Below, in pieces: positions 1-13,000 of a stretch of 64,000 nucleotides of DNA. Origin of the DNA: a virus (Duplodnaviria > Caudoviricetes); the IMG/VR virus record IMGVR_UViG_3300017708_001323, positions 3,780-67,779 of that record. One strand, written 5' to 3'. Positions within the stretch are counted from its first letter, which is position 1; each line of letters starts with the position of its first letter. The position numbers and the translations under genes are program-made. The notes beneath the pieces were generated by a model. That model had not been told where the DNA came from and did no database searches. It saw only the letters and a program-made list of their open reading frames with translations.

Positions 1-2611
1 TGCTGTTGTTTATACTTCCTGCACTTGAGCCATCTAGCAAATTTAGTTCACTAGCATCTGATGTCACAGCAGTACTTGCTATTTGTAGACCACCAGCCTT
101 AGCGACATTAAAATCAACATCGTTAGCAAGAGTAACCGCTGTGCTTGCAAGGGTTATCAAATCTGTGTCGCTTGAATGACCGATTGTAGCACCAGTAATT
201 GTTACATTAGATGATTTTAAACTATCACCTGTTATTGTATCAGTTGTGGTGATTGCACTACCTGTGCTTATTGTACCAAAACCAGATGCTATCGAACCAC
301 TATCCAAAGCACCTACCCCAGTTAAACTAGAATTTTCTACTGTGCCACCAAGAGTGTTGTAAGTTAGTACATTAGCATTCATCGTATTATTACCATACAA
401 ACCTAAACTAGTAGCATCCAAAGTAGTATTACCAGCGATACTGATATGTTTTCCAGTAGCGATTTCTAAATCATCACTAACAGTCCAACCGTTACTCGAA
501 TCATATTGAAGGCTGTGCAAGGATGTTCCCGGCGCGTAGATACCAGCGCCATCAGCAATCGCTTCAGTAGTATTATTGGTAGAATGCAACATAGTTGCCC
601 CTGCGCTAACAGTCCCAGATGCTGGTGAAGTGAAAGTGAATGTATTAACATCAGTAACTGTGATTTCATACACATCGTCGGTTATACTATTTCCTGCGTC
701 TTGAACTAGAATATACTCGTTACTAGAGAAACCGTGTGAATTAGATGTAACAGTAACTGTAGTTCCACTTCTAGCATATGTGGCGTCTGTCATACCTCCA
801 GTAAGGCCTAGAATGAATGTCTTATCTTCTGAGACTACTGTTGTAGAATCAATTATCGTTTGAGCACCATTTACGGTCAAATTACCTGTAATAGTTACGT
901 TGTCTCCAAAAGTAACTTCTGAAGTTCCGTGTCCGATATTTACAGCAGTTCCAGCAGTTGTACCAATTGATATTAATGCAGCACCTGTCCCTACGTTTGC
1001 AGCGTCAATAGACAAAGCAACTTGATTATTTTGGTCAGCGTTCAGCAAAAAATTAGTAGTATCACTTGTATTAAGTGCAAAACCAGACGAGTCAATAGTC
1101 GCATTACCTGTGGCATCAACATCAAAAGTAGTAGCATTGATGTCTACTGCTCCTTCTGAACCACCAGTGCCGACCGTTAAACTAGATAGAGTTCCAACAG
1201 ATGTAATCTGAGTCTGTGCTGCATTAACGCTTAATACGGCACTAGCAGCAGTAAGACCTGTACCAGCGAATAGCGTTGCAATATCGTCAATTGATTCCTT
1301 TCTTGTAGTATTAGAATCGGTTGCATCAGAAATAGCGAGGAAATCGCCGCTTGCTATGTCGGCTGCTGTAAGGTCATCAACATCTAAAGTGAAAGTCATA
1401 TCATATGGGTCAGAATCTCCACCATGTGTAGTAGCAGCATCTCCATCTGAGGCTGTCCAATTGGTAGTAATTCCCTCACCAATGAACTTTACTTCTTTAT
1501 TTGTGGTGATTGCTAATTCTGTGCCATCATCATCTTCTAATTGGAAACCAGCCCCCATTCCATCTGCGCCTGATGAAGATGGCGCCCAAGCGAGTGTACC
1601 ATCCGTCTGTGCTGTCAAAACATAGTCATTCCCAGCCGCGTATGCAGGGGGTAAAGTGTAGATAGCACTCTGTGTTGCGCTTGTACTACCTCTGAAAGCA
1701 GTAGTATATTCAGTAGCACCGCTTGAAGCATTACTTGTTAACTTAAAAGTAGTATTTGGTACAGTTAAATGTAAATTACCTGATACGTCTAATACTAAAT
1801 ATTCTTGTCCGGTACGCATAGGATTTTGGTTGCCGTCTTTAATATTATCATAATCTTTACCGACATAACCTATTGCAAACTTACCTGTGGTTGCTTGTCT
1901 ACCTATACCCCAAGCACTACTACCTACTGAACCGTTGTTACCAACCGTAAATACAACACCCTGACCTGTTCCACCAGCACCAAGAGTATCGTTTTCAATA
2001 ATATATACACCACCCATATATTCTACTTGTGAGTCTTGTAGACTACTATCACCCATTTTTTGCCTTATTCTAACTTCACCATAATTTCTGTCAGCGGTTG
2101 CAAGACCACCACCACCAGCACCAGCAGTACCGTTGACTTGTAATAGTGTCATTTGATTTCTATCTGTTCCATTAACTGTAACTAAATCCGTGTTTGCTAG
2201 TGTTAAAGTGGATGTGGCTGTTGCCTGTAATGTCGTAAACTTACCTGAAGCATGTGAATGGTCGCCTACAATCGTAGCGTTAATTGATGAACCACTGCTA
2301 GTTATAGTAGAATCAAGACCGTTTGTGCCTATGTGTACAGTTCCATCGGGTTGAATTGTAAGTGCTTGTACGTGGCTAGTAGCCCCACCGCCGTTACCTG
2401 TAGTAGCCCCTCCTGTATGAAGGATTATTTTTCCGCCTGTACCTGTACCATCTCCTAGACCAGCCTTAATTGAGATATTTTTACCTGTACCGTTGGTGGT
2501 GGTAACTGCATCCATATCAATAGTAGCGTGTTGTGCGTTAGAGAAATCTACGTTGCCACCCTGTACTTTTAATCCCTTTTTTACTTTGAAATCTACTTCT
2601 GTTCCTGCCAT
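1..2611 (-). CDS. Tail fibre protein (partial, runs off the left end of the window)
   Basis: Missing from the ORF track because it has no stop in the window. ATG at 2611 follows a GGTGA RBS (MAGTEVDFKVKKGLKVQGG...). The frame was open in every segment I translated by hand, down to position 2 (...SDASELNLLDGSSAGSINNS). It is G/T/S-rich and shares modules with the adjacent fibre gene (IATLFAGTGLTA, GNLTVNG). Confidence 0.8.
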   Translation of the reverse strand, partial: MAGTEVDFKVKKGLKVQGGNVDFSNAQHATIDMDAVTTTNGTGKNISIKAGLGDGTGTGGKIILHTGGATTGNGGGATSHVQALTIQPDGTVHIGTNGLDSTITSSGSSINATIVGDHSHASGKFTTLQATATSTLTLANTDLVTVNGTDRNQMTLLQVNGTAGAGGGGLATADRNYGEVRIRQKMGDSSLQDSQVEYMGGVYIIENDTLGAGGTGQGVVFTVGNNGSVGSSAWGIGRQATTGKFAIGYVGKDYDNIKDGNQNPMRTGQEYLVLDVSGNLHLTVPNTTFKLTSNASSGATEYTTAFRGSTSATQSAIYTLPPAYAAGNDYVLTAQTDGTLAWAPSSSGADGMGAGFQLEDDDGTELAITTNKEVKFIGEGITTNWTASDGDAATTHGGDSDPYDMTFTLDVDDLTAADIASGDFLAISDATDSNTTRKESIDDIATLFAGTGLTAASAVLSVNAAQTQITSVGTLSSLTVGTGGSEGAVDINATTFDVDATGNATIDSSGFALNTSDTTNFLLNADQNNQVALSIDAANVGTGAALISIGTTAGTAVNIGHGTSEVTFGDNVTITGNLTVNGAQTIIDSTTVVSEDKTFILGLTGGMTDATYARSGTTVTVTSNSHGFSSNEYILVQDAGNSITDDVYEITVTDVNTFTFTSPASGTVSAGATMLHSTNNTTEAIADGAGIYAPGTSLHSLQYDSSNGWTVSDDLEIATGKHISIAGNTTLDATSLGLYGNNTMNANVLTYNTLGGTVENSSLTGVGALDSGSIASGFGTISTGSAITTTDTITGDSLKSSNVTITGATIGHSSDTDLITLASTAVTLANDVDFNVAKAGGLQIASTAVTSDASELNLLDGSSAGSINNS

Positions 2612-2625
2612 TTTTTTTCACCTTA

Positions 2626-5253
2626 TTATATTGTTAATCCTTGCCAATGCACCTTCACTACGATGTTATCTTCGTTTGTGAGAGGGGTGACTTGTAATTC
2701 AACGTTACTACCATTTATATCCACGTTATATGTACCATTATTAATACCACCTGAGTTAACAATTGCATATGTTGTAAGGAAAGCGTTGGTAGCAGCACTA
2801 CCACCAGTCGCACCGTTTGTAGTAATTACCATCTCAGCAGTTTCATGAACACCATCTGATTTGTTATCTATTTCTACAAGTAATTTTGCTGCTCTAAATT
2901 CTGTTCTATCAAATAACGTTACGGCTATAGGTGTTCCAGTACTAGAACTAGCAACTTCCTGTTCATTATAATCAAAACCGACTTTTTCCACTTGTAGTTG
3001 GGCGAGTGGTGTTGATTGATTGATACCCACTTTGTCTGCGCTTACATCCACAAACAGTGTATCGGTGTCTATCACCAAATCACCAGAACCTGTAATTGAA
3101 GACACATTTACAGCACCGTATATTGTGTCGAAATAACCATTGGCCCATCTAACAGTGTCACTACCGAGGTTTTTTTGGCTATCGTCACTTGGGAAAAGAT
3201 GTTGGTTAAGTGTCCATCCCTCTGTAGCGTGATTCCAAGTTATACTTTTATGACCGTCAGCAGACTTTAGTATAATTCCACCACCATCTATCCCAACATC
3301 AGTACCCTCACCACCGAATGAAAGAGTGCCATTTGTGACAGCCCCACCTGTGGTGGATGCACTTAATTCAAACGTAGTAGCATCAGTAATACTAGAAACT
3401 GTAGCACCCGAAGGTATACCTGTGCCTGAGACTGACATTCCCACTACTAATTTTGTTGTACTATCCATCGTTATTGTCGGGTCGTTATTATAATCACAAG
3501 TAGCATCAGTAAAAATAGGCGTATGTGCTAGTTCTATAAGTTTGTCATCCACTGTTAAAGTTGTAGAATTAATTACAGTTTGTGTACCGTTTACAGTTAA
3601 ATTCCCTGTTACTACTAAGTCTTGATTAACAGTTAAATCTCCGGCAGGTCCGATGCTTGTTATGCCCGCTTGGTTAGAATTAATATTAATTACAGAACTA
3701 GAAGCAGTTAAACCTGTACCCGCGAATAATGTAGCAACATCTGCTATTGCCTCTTTTTTACTAGTATTAGAATCGTTTGTATCGGAGAAAGAAATAAAAT
3801 CTCCATCTGCTATTACACCAGCACTTAAACTATTAATATCCAACGCTGTTGCGTCCCCATCTAACAAAATTTTAGTACTACCTTGGTATAATCTTGAATC
3901 TCCAGAATTTAACCATAAAGTATCTCCAGTACCGGGATTAGAACTTACATCATTAAATTGAATACCAGTGGGGTCGGTAATTAAGCCGTTTAAATCAGCA
4001 GTTCCAGTTAAAGTTAAGACATTTGAACTAGTATTGAATGTTAAATTAGCACTACTTGTAAATCCACCAGAACCATCAGAAATTTGTAATCTTGTTGATG
4101 CTCCATTTGAACCACCTGTTGCGGTTGTTCCTTGGAATATTCTAACCCAAGCAGAGGAATCAGCATCATAAGCAAATGTTGTAGAAGAAGTAGGGGTTAC
4201 AGTCTCATTAAGTCCAGTAGAGTCAAAGGTTAAGTTAGCCTGTCCTGCTGAATTAGCATTTGAAATTGTTATAGTATGTCCTGAAGGAAATGTGCCACTA
4301 GGATTTAGTGTTGTGGCGGTATTTGTTGTAAATCTAAATAATGAGGCTCCATCAAAAGTGAAAGTTTTAGTCCCTCCGCCACTTGGTACAGTAACTAATT
4401 TTGTTGGACCTAACTTGAATGTTCTTCTTGCCCCATCTTGATAACCAGAAAAATACAAAACATCGTTAGTCTCACTTTGTCCACTATCATCCGGTCCCCT
4501 ACTCATCCATAAAGCACCTAATGAAGATGCTGTAAAATCACCAGTTTCTGTATTTGCAGAAGCGTGGAAATTGTCTAAATCAGTAGAAGAATCAATACTA
4601 GCACTGGAATCTCCTGTTAGTGGTGCTAAATAAATTGGAGAAGGTCTTACAAAACCTCTTTTATCATTTATTTCTGAAATAGTAATATGTAAATCATTAG
4701 CAATAGCAGGAGTAGTATTGTGTATCGCTCTTATTGTTGCAATCACAAAAGATTGTTTCGATGTGAGTGAAGATGAGGGGTCTGTTAAGAAGGAATTCGG
4801 AGTCAACGGATAAGCAGAAGCAGATGTTACTGGTGTGCCTTGCTCCCATTTTATTGCGTTATTAGTACCATCAGAACAAAGATAGACAACAAATAGACAT
4901 TCTTCACCTGTATCTAATTGAGTAGTAGAACCATTTTTATTAGCACTACCACTAGTTAAATTAATATTTGCAGTAGCGCCGTTTCCTCCACAAAAGTTGT
5001 GTAAAACATTGTCTAAAACAACATGCCCCCCTTTTACATTTACAATATGGGCATCTCCGGTAGTGGCTACCGCACCTGATAAATTAGCAGGGGTATTTCT
5101 ATTACCATTATCTGATATAGCATCTTCCAATAATAAAATTCCATTACCTCTTCCTAATTCATAGAGATTAGTAAAACTAGGAGAAAGAATATGACTACCA
5201 TCAACTAAACCTTCATTTCCCCCATCAGTGTGGCCTGTTAGTGAGTTTGCCAT
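2626..5253 (-). CDS. Tail fibre / receptor-binding protein, 875 aa
   Basis: S/T/G-rich beta-type sequence with phage fibre motifs (VTGNLTVNGTQTVINSTTLTVDDKLIEL, LGSDTVRWANGY, DTLFVDVSADKVGIN); located at the distal end of the tail operon. Confidence 0.8.
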   Translation of the reverse strand: MANSLTGHTDGGNEGLVDGSHILSPSFTNLYELGRGNGILLLEDAISDNGNRNTPANLSGAVATTGDAHIVNVKGGHVVLDNVLHNFCGGNGATANINLTSGSANKNGSTTQLDTGEECLFVVYLCSDGTNNAIKWEQGTPVTSASAYPLTPNSFLTDPSSSLTSKQSFVIATIRAIHNTTPAIANDLHITISEINDKRGFVRPSPIYLAPLTGDSSASIDSSTDLDNFHASANTETGDFTASSLGALWMSRGPDDSGQSETNDVLYFSGYQDGARRTFKLGPTKLVTVPSGGGTKTFTFDGASLFRFTTNTATTLNPSGTFPSGHTITISNANSAGQANLTFDSTGLNETVTPTSSTTFAYDADSSAWVRIFQGTTATGGSNGASTRLQISDGSGGFTSSANLTFNTSSNVLTLTGTADLNGLITDPTGIQFNDVSSNPGTGDTLWLNSGDSRLYQGSTKILLDGDATALDINSLSAGVIADGDFISFSDTNDSNTSKKEAIADVATLFAGTGLTASSSVININSNQAGITSIGPAGDLTVNQDLVVTGNLTVNGTQTVINSTTLTVDDKLIELAHTPIFTDATCDYNNDPTITMDSTTKLVVGMSVSGTGIPSGATVSSITDATTFELSASTTGGAVTNGTLSFGGEGTDVGIDGGGIILKSADGHKSITWNHATEGWTLNQHLFPSDDSQKNLGSDTVRWANGYFDTIYGAVNVSSITGSGDLVIDTDTLFVDVSADKVGINQSTPLAQLQVEKVGFDYNEQEVASSSTGTPIAVTLFDRTEFRAAKLLVEIDNKSDGVHETAEMVITTNGATGGSAATNAFLTTYAIVNSGGINNGTYNVDINGSNVELQVTPLTNEDNIVVKVHWQGLTI

Positions 5254-5254
5254 T

Positions 5255-5599
5255 TTACTTTACCTCCATGATAATTTGAACCTTCATTTCATTACTAGAA
5301 TCTTTTACAATCGGTCTTATAGAATGGCGGGATATTGGTGTAAACCCGCTACTTCCGCGTAATCGGAGGTGTACTTCCTTGATAGAGTCATTGAAAGATT
5401 CGCTTGTTGGAAGGGTCGCTTCAATCAAAAGTGTACCCGTATCTATCACCGTTACGGTAGGTGTTACGGTCACTGCTGGTCTCCCAATTGAGCCGTCACT
5501 AGAAGTTGCAGGAGTTCCATCAAAACCAAAAACAATTTCATTAATATTTGACGCAATAGTTTCAGTTAAAATTCTTTTTAGATTATTTGATACAGCCAT
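5255..5599 (-). CDS. Putative tail tip/baseplate protein, 114 aa
   Basis: ORF translationally coupled (TAATG) between tail genes; function inferred from position only. Confidence 0.5.
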   Translation of the reverse strand: MAVSNNLKRILTETIASNINEIVFGFDGTPATSSDGSIGRPAVTVTPTVTVIDTGTLLIEATLPTSESFNDSIKEVHLRLRGSSGFTPISRHSIRPIVKDSSNEMKVQIIMEVK

Positions 5600-7023
5600 T
5601 ATATTTCCTCCACGAATAAATTATTAAATCCTTTTACTAAACCTATGGCCTCTTTCCCTTTTCCTATTGTACTTCTACCAGCATTTTTTCCAATAATAAA
5701 TCCACTAGAACTCACTGGCCTAACAGATACTACGGCTGTAACACTAATGTTAAGTTCATTAAATAATCCCATATTTTCAATTTTTATCTGATTGCTAATA
5801 TCTGGACTCATTTTAGTATCTTCTGCTATCAAACCGTCTGTAATACCTTGTAGAAGACCATCTACCCCCATACTCAAAGTTAGAAACTCAAAATCTGAAA
5901 GATTTGTACCAGAAACATGAGTTGTTTCCATAACTACATATTTTTTCCCATCATAAGAAATAATATTTCCCGGTCTTAAATCCCAAGCATTTATGTGTCC
6001 GTTTGATGATAAAGAGCCTTGACCTGTACTATTAGCCTTTAATATCTGTCTGGCTATTATAGAAGCCTCTTTTTCTGTTTTTACGGTAATATCAAAAAGT
6101 GGTGTTAGTTTAGATTGAATATTAGAATTAAAAGCGCCCTGTTGTCTAGATAAATCATTTACAGTAACTTCTGTGGGGTCATTTAATGCAAGTGGAATTC
6201 CTCTAACACTAACACTGTTTATTGTGTCGTCTACAGGGTTTCTTGTTTCTGTACCTGTTCTATCTCTAGATAAAAGAAGTCTAGAAGAATCTGAAAAATT
6301 AAAAGGTACATATAATAAATTAGAAAATCTATCAAACATTATAACTCTATAATCATGGCGGGCGATAAATTTCAAAGCCGCTAAAATATTAATTTTCTTA
6401 AAATCTTGAGCAAGGAATTTATGGCTATGGAATCTTCTATTAAAATTAGAATTAGATATATTTCTATTGCTACCAATATTGATACTAGTTACAGTGTCTG
6501 TTATATTTTTTGTTAATTGAATTGCCAAATCTGTAGTTCTAAACCCTACATCTATTGGTTGTGCTAAATGGACTGTATCTCCTATAAAACCTAAATCTGA
6601 AATTGTTTTTTCTTGCATATTTTTAAGATTAACATTTACCCCTTTAGATTTAGAATCAAAAGAACTTGGTTTTAATCTTTGAGAGGTTTCTAAAGAATTG
6701 TAAAATAACATTAAATTAGAATGCCCAGATTTAATATTACCACCTTCATAATAAGGTGTGCCCTCGTATGTATGACCAGCCCTCTGTGAATGTGTTAACT
6801 CTACAGCAGAAGATGTTTCTTTAATTTGATAAGTATTTTGAGAAGCGACATGATATGTAGCGGCTTTTCTGTTTTCAATAATAACTTTATTTTTATCAGA
6901 TGTTTGAATATTTAGATTAGAATAATGTATAGCATTATCTACTAAAACTGGCTTTCTTATGTCATTCATCACAGTGTCAAGGGATGTGTCAAATGAACCA
7001 GTCGCATCTTCAACTAATGTCAT
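5599..7023 (-). CDS. Putative tail tip/baseplate hub-like protein, 474 aa
   Basis: ATGA overlap with the giant gene; C-terminal 'DLRPGNIISYDGKKYVVMETTH' resembles hub/tail-tip beta-barrel segments. Confidence 0.5.
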   Translation of the reverse strand: MTLVEDATGSFDTSLDTVMNDIRKPVLVDNAIHYSNLNIQTSDKNKVIIENRKAATYHVASQNTYQIKETSSAVELTHSQRAGHTYEGTPYYEGGNIKSGHSNLMLFYNSLETSQRLKPSSFDSKSKGVNVNLKNMQEKTISDLGFIGDTVHLAQPIDVGFRTTDLAIQLTKNITDTVTSINIGSNRNISNSNFNRRFHSHKFLAQDFKKINILAALKFIARHDYRVIMFDRFSNLLYVPFNFSDSSRLLLSRDRTGTETRNPVDDTINSVSVRGIPLALNDPTEVTVNDLSRQQGAFNSNIQSKLTPLFDITVKTEKEASIIARQILKANSTGQGSLSSNGHINAWDLRPGNIISYDGKKYVVMETTHVSGTNLSDFEFLTLSMGVDGLLQGITDGLIAEDTKMSPDISNQIKIENMGLFNELNISVTAVVSVRPVSSSGFIIGKNAGRSTIGKGKEAIGLVKGFNNLFVEEI

Positions 7024-10000
7024 GTCGCATCACCTGTGTGGTCGGAGGTACCGTATGTTACATCACCTTTGTCGCCTTTAGGGTGTAAAGATTGGCTAAA
7101 TCTAGGTTTTATAGTAAAATCTCCGTCTCTGGGGGCATCACTAGCGTGATGCTGTAAAGTATTTTGACTAGGAAGTAATCTTACAACTAAATCTGTTAAA
7201 CTTGGTGAGGTGCTCACAAAATTAGAGCCTTTTAGGTTTGGACCCATAGCGCTAGGAACTTGGTCGTTTGTATTTGTCATGTAAAAAATCGGCACATATG
7301 GTCCATTACTATTTGGTACTCCTCTATTGTCAGGAGTGTTTACGTCTGCTACCCTTCCATTAGGGGTCTCATAAGTAAATAATCCATATTTACCTCCAGC
7401 AGTTGCTTGAAAATAATCTCCTCCCGTTTGTGTTGTGGGGGCAGATTTAGACCTAAAAGTTTCAACATGATATTTATCTAAAACTCTAACTGGCCTTAAT
7501 AAGAATTTTACAATTTGGTCTTTGTCATTATTTCTAATACTATCAGAAGTGTAACTAGTTGTGCTTTGATAAGGATTAGATGTATTATTAGAACCCGTTA
7601 AACTGGCAACTCCCCAACCAATATCATTGAATAATCCTGAGAAACTTCTCGCTTCTAAAATATAGTCACCACCAAGAGGTCTCATGTTAGATGTGTGACT
7701 AAATTTCAAAATACCATTGATTGCTCCATAAGTATTAGTATTATTAAAACCTAAACTAGTATAATCCGCTTCAGTTAAAGTTTGACTACCAATTGTATGT
7801 GCACCAGTTAAAACTGTTCTTTGACCTACGTTTCTATCTGTATGTAAAGAATGTGCTTCAGTATTAATTACTATATGTGAATTGTCTATACTCTCAATAT
7901 TTTCAGCGTCAATTCCGATGCGTGGAGAACTTCTTGAAATTACATCTTTATGAGGGCTGTCTCCTACGATATTTTCAACTTTATCGCTCACTACTGCTTC
8001 AGGTTTTAACAATCCATCTTGACTAATTTCTAATTTAGCACTTATTCCTCTAGGAACTTCATCGGCTTGCAGTACATCGTTACGGGGGCGTAACAGACCC
8101 GTACCGAATGTTGGCTCTGAAGTATGATGAGATAATACTACTCCAGTAGTATGTATTGGTGCAGAAAGTTCTGTGAGAATATCTTCATTGAACATTGTAG
8201 GGTATCTTACCCCTCTTCCTCCACCCATATCCCCAATTCTCAAAGCGTGTGTAGGAGCAAACACATCAACTAAAATTGTGCTACTTCCATTATTATCATT
8301 ATTTAATCTACCACCAAATCTTGGAATTGTGTAGTTTGTTTGTAAACTTACAGCCCCACTAGAGTTTAATACATTCTTCATATTAAAAATAGGCTTTCCA
8401 TTATTCCATATTCTTTGGAAAGGTGTTCTATTGTTGGTTCTGTCGTATTCGTAAGCGTCCCCGCAATCCCATGCAGGTCTAATACCAAATCCGCGCACTG
8501 GAGCACGTCTTACAGCCTCTCCACGAGTATTACCCCACCAATCTACCATATAGTACTGAGAAGCCTCTGTAAGCCTTGTAATTGATTTACCCTCAGAGTC
8601 GCCCCACCAATCTCTTTCCACCTTGTTGTTATTTCTTAGAGTTCTTACTGGTGCTCCGAAAGGTCTTACCATTCTTCTTCCATCACTTCTACGAACTTGG
8701 GTTTCATATCTATCTGAACCTAATTGCCCAGCAAAGTTTGTGTTTCTTTCCATAATCCCAACATAAGTTTTGGGGAATGCACCTGCTGTACTACCATCTG
8801 CTTTAGCCCAACTTCTATTTTCATATTGCACCAAAGGTCCTGCTCTATATCCTACACTAGTTGCAGAAATAGAGCCAGAAATAGCATCCTCTAAAGCCGC
8901 ACGAGTAGGTATAAGTCCCCATCTAGGTCTATTGAGTGATTGACGTAAACTTACTCTATATCCGAAAGGTAGGCGATAAGTTTGGTTTGTAGTTATTTTT
9001 GCGGCAGTAATTCCACTACTTCTTGAATAAGAAGCGTCAATATCATCTAAATCATACCAACGGTATAAATCATCAGAAGCATATTTTCTTGGATAAATCC
9101 AACTAGCCCCCGCTTGCACAAATACATCGGGTCTACTACTATGAGGTCCACCTCTACTTCCGCAAGGCCAAAATCTATTCAAATGAATAGGTTGATTTGC
9201 TTGGTTTACACCTGCTTGATTATGGTCTGAATCAGCAACAGCAACTACACCTGTTTTATCTACATCTGGAGTTTTAATTTTCAAATCAAATGGCCCAGTG
9301 CTCATTCCATAAATTACATCTTGATAACGTATAGTTTCAAAATGTTCAGGTAATAAATTATATGCTGCTTTATCTATCGCCCTATCTGAAGTATCATTAT
9401 CATAAGTTCTACTAGAATCAGAATAGAATGTATATGGTCTACCTAAGTTATGATTCCAAATACATAAGAAAGCATCTGGAGTATGATAATTATATGTATC
9501 ATTAGTACCTTGTTTTAAACTACTAATTGTATTTGCAATTATACTTCTATTTACATTTGTAAATATACTATCTGCTGGCATTGTATCATATGCTCTAGTT
9601 AATTTTAATTCAGTTACATCATCAATTATATTATTAAAGAAATCACCTGTAGATACTCCAGTAAATACATTAGATACGTTTACAGTACCATTTTGAAGAC
9701 CAGTTCTACGTGTATATGTAGAAGTTTGACGTACACCATTAGAATCTACATATTCTAATTGTTGTCCATAATAAGGAGTTTCTGGAAATATACTAGCATC
9801 GTCTACTGTTATATCAGGAGATGATTTGGATTTAACAATACATTTTGGATTTAATGATATATTTTGTAATATATGTGAATATATATCTGGGTATATTGTT
9901 GGATATCCCGCAATTGTCAATTGTATACCTATACTACCTAAAGTACTTCTTGATAATTCATAGTAATTATCTAACCTATTTTGAGATATATGTCTAAACC

Positions 10001-13000
10001 CATTAGAACTGCTATCATCTGGTGCTACTTTGTGAAGAATACTCCACCAAGGAATATTAATTGAATAACCGGGTGTGGATTTAGACAAGTGTTTTGAATA
10101 TGGAAAAGCCCTTCTAGTAAAACTAGGGCTTTCACTCATTTCTATTCCAAAGGGATTGAAGGTACTTAATGGAGGAGTTTTTGTAAATTGACTACCAAAG
10201 TCGGCATCTTGGTCTAATATAATTTCATTTATGAAAATTTCACAACCCCTTACATCTGCTTGTGTTGCGTCTGATAAATACAAAACTAATGCTCCAGTTG
10301 CAGAAACATATTCAGTTCCAATCACAGTATTTACTTGTTGACTAGTTAATTTTTGAGTGCTATTGTAATAATGATAGCCAATAATTTGTGTGTTGAAAAT
10401 ATTTGGTTGAATAACTATTTGATAGGCACCAACTTCTCTTGGGTCTGGGAAATGATGTTGGAGTGTATATTTTTTAGCAGCCTCTAAAACTATAGTATGC
10501 CCACCAGCCTTGTTAATTATTCCAGCATTCCCTCTTGCACCTAATACCCCGTAACCATCCCATTTTATGCCAGTTTCAAACATTAGAGAAAATCCACCAC
10601 CAGCAAGGTCTGAAGGACCTGAAGGTGTAGCAGTTAATCCACTAAAGAAAAGTTCAGGTTCTAATGGACTCATTTTTTCTGTTACGTTGGTGCTAATATT
10701 AGAACTTACAGATAATGCTGTCTTTTCTTCGTCAAACAAATTTCTATCTCTAAAACCATTTGTAGATGCTAATTCTGCTAAATGTCTTTGGTATACACTT
10801 TGATAGGCAGGATGGGCTAAGTGTCCGGGCAGCATAGCCATTGTAGCATTTACAAAGTGATGTCCCATTCTTGGATAGGGCATAGGAGTTAAAACAGGTT
10901 TAGAGTAGATTGTATGGGCTTCTGTATTAGAATCTACACCTGTAAAATATTGTGTATGAGCCATATCTGGGCTTGACCCACTAACTTCAGCGTGGTCTCT
11001 AATTCTTGCAGCAGCATAAAATCTAGCGCTTCCTGCTGGCATATAATATGAAGGGACTATTCTCAAACTGGTAATAGTTTGTGCAGCCATGAATTTTGTA
11101 AAATCTACATCTCCTACAACTCCTGTAAATGTGACACCTGATATTCCTGTGTAAGAAGCGACAACAGATTCTTCAGTAGTAGGATTGTAAATCCGAATAA
11201 ATCTTCTATTATCTTTTACTTCTTTTGTTGCAAAGTCTGCATCATATATTCTTGTATTTATTGTGGCGTTTGTCGTTAGTACAGAAGAACTATCCCAGTC
11301 AGAAACGGTAAGGTCTTGATTTTCTACACCATTAGAATGTGTGTAAGTAGTAGGGAAACGGTGTGTGTGGCTGTGGCCCATTTTTGTTACGTGGAAAAAT
11401 AATGTGCGGTCATGTAATTCGTAACTAGTTCGCAGTGGGGCGTTTTTAGTTGCTTGAACCCATCCAGTTTTGATAGATTCATTCGTTACGGGGTCTATAT
11501 GTTCCCAATTCACTTCTTCATATGTAGGTGCTAAATATAGGCTTCCTCCGTTTTCTTTATCATCAAATAAATGTTTCAAATCATTTTCAGATAAATCCGC
11601 ATGTAAAACACCACCACTTCCAAATGTTTCATTCTGATAAGCCATAATTGGGTCATAACCAGAACGGATAATTATGTTACCGGGAATTGTTGAAGGGTCA
11701 GGTAAAGCAATCATCAAATTAGGTTTAGAACCACTATTGGCTAAACTAGGACTTTTACCAGAAACATCTCTATTACTTACAACATTGAAAGTTCTAATTA
11801 TTGTACCTAAAGGACTACCTCCTTGAATTGTATGTTCTTGACCACTATCATCAATTACTGTAATTTCTTCAAATTGCATTTCTTCATTTGGAATATTCAT
11901 TACATTTGAAAGTAAATTTTCTTCATATGGGATTTCTATTGAAGGGAGTATTGCGCTATTTGTGGTTTCAAAACTAAATCTTACATTACCAAATATTTTT
12001 TCTCCAAAGGTATGAGGTGTGTTATCACTTTCTACTCTAGTGATTTTTGGAACAGCACCTAGTCCTCTATAATTCATACTCGGTAAAGTTAAATTTCCAC
12101 CATCCATCCTCTTCCAAACAATGTTTTCTGTATTGAAATTTAAAGAGGAACTTCTCTTAAATAAATCAAAAGCGTGAATATCTCCCTTCCAATAATCATC
12201 AGGATAATCACTATCGCTAGTGTACGCTGTGCCACCTACATAGTACTCCGGTACAACGTTACGCTCTACCGTAACGCCCGTTTCTAGGTTATATGAACCT
12301 AAAGAGAAATCTAGGTCAGTAACCAAGTTACCAGTTTTTGCTCTATCCGGTGTAGCGTTTTCTAATCTAGCATCTGTAACACTTCCGGTGTGGAAAGTAT
12401 AGGCTGATAAGTCTGCACTATAAGTTGGTAAAGCGGTATCATCAACAATTAATGCTTCTACATTTGGTCCAGCGTGCGCAGGTGCAATGAATCTATCTTG
12501 ACTATGGAATCTTTCATCCCATTGTGTTGTACCTGCAAATTCTAGTTGGGATGAACTTTCACCTTTCAAAACTAAAAAGTCTCCAACAGCAGTACTACCA
12601 TCCCTGTCTTTCTTTGCAATCAAAGCAAACTCAGATTCTGAAGAAACCACTAACCAAGCATTTCCACTCAAACCTTGAGGGTGATGTAATTCTTCAGGTA
12701 AGTCTGATGTAATATCATAATTCACAGGTTTAGTGTGCAGAGTATCTGGTGCGTTATCATCTGTATCTTTTCTTGAATATGATAGATTATTTGCGGTATA
12801 TGTAACACCAGTAGAAGTATTGTAAGGGTCATTTATGTAAGTCATAAGTGCACTACCTAAACCATCTACAGGTGGTAAACTTTCAGGACTTCTTGCTAAT
12901 GGGGCAACTATTGGGATTGTACCAAGTGTATCATAAACACTAGAAGCAGTACCATAAGGACTGAAATTTAGAAGTTGATGATAAGCACCTAAACCAGCAG

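Noticed and set aside
1-5253. Diversity-generating retroelement acting on the tail fibres
   Set aside because: No reverse transcriptase is present, and I saw no near-identical repeat pair differing only at adenines; the fibre similarity is at the diverged protein level.
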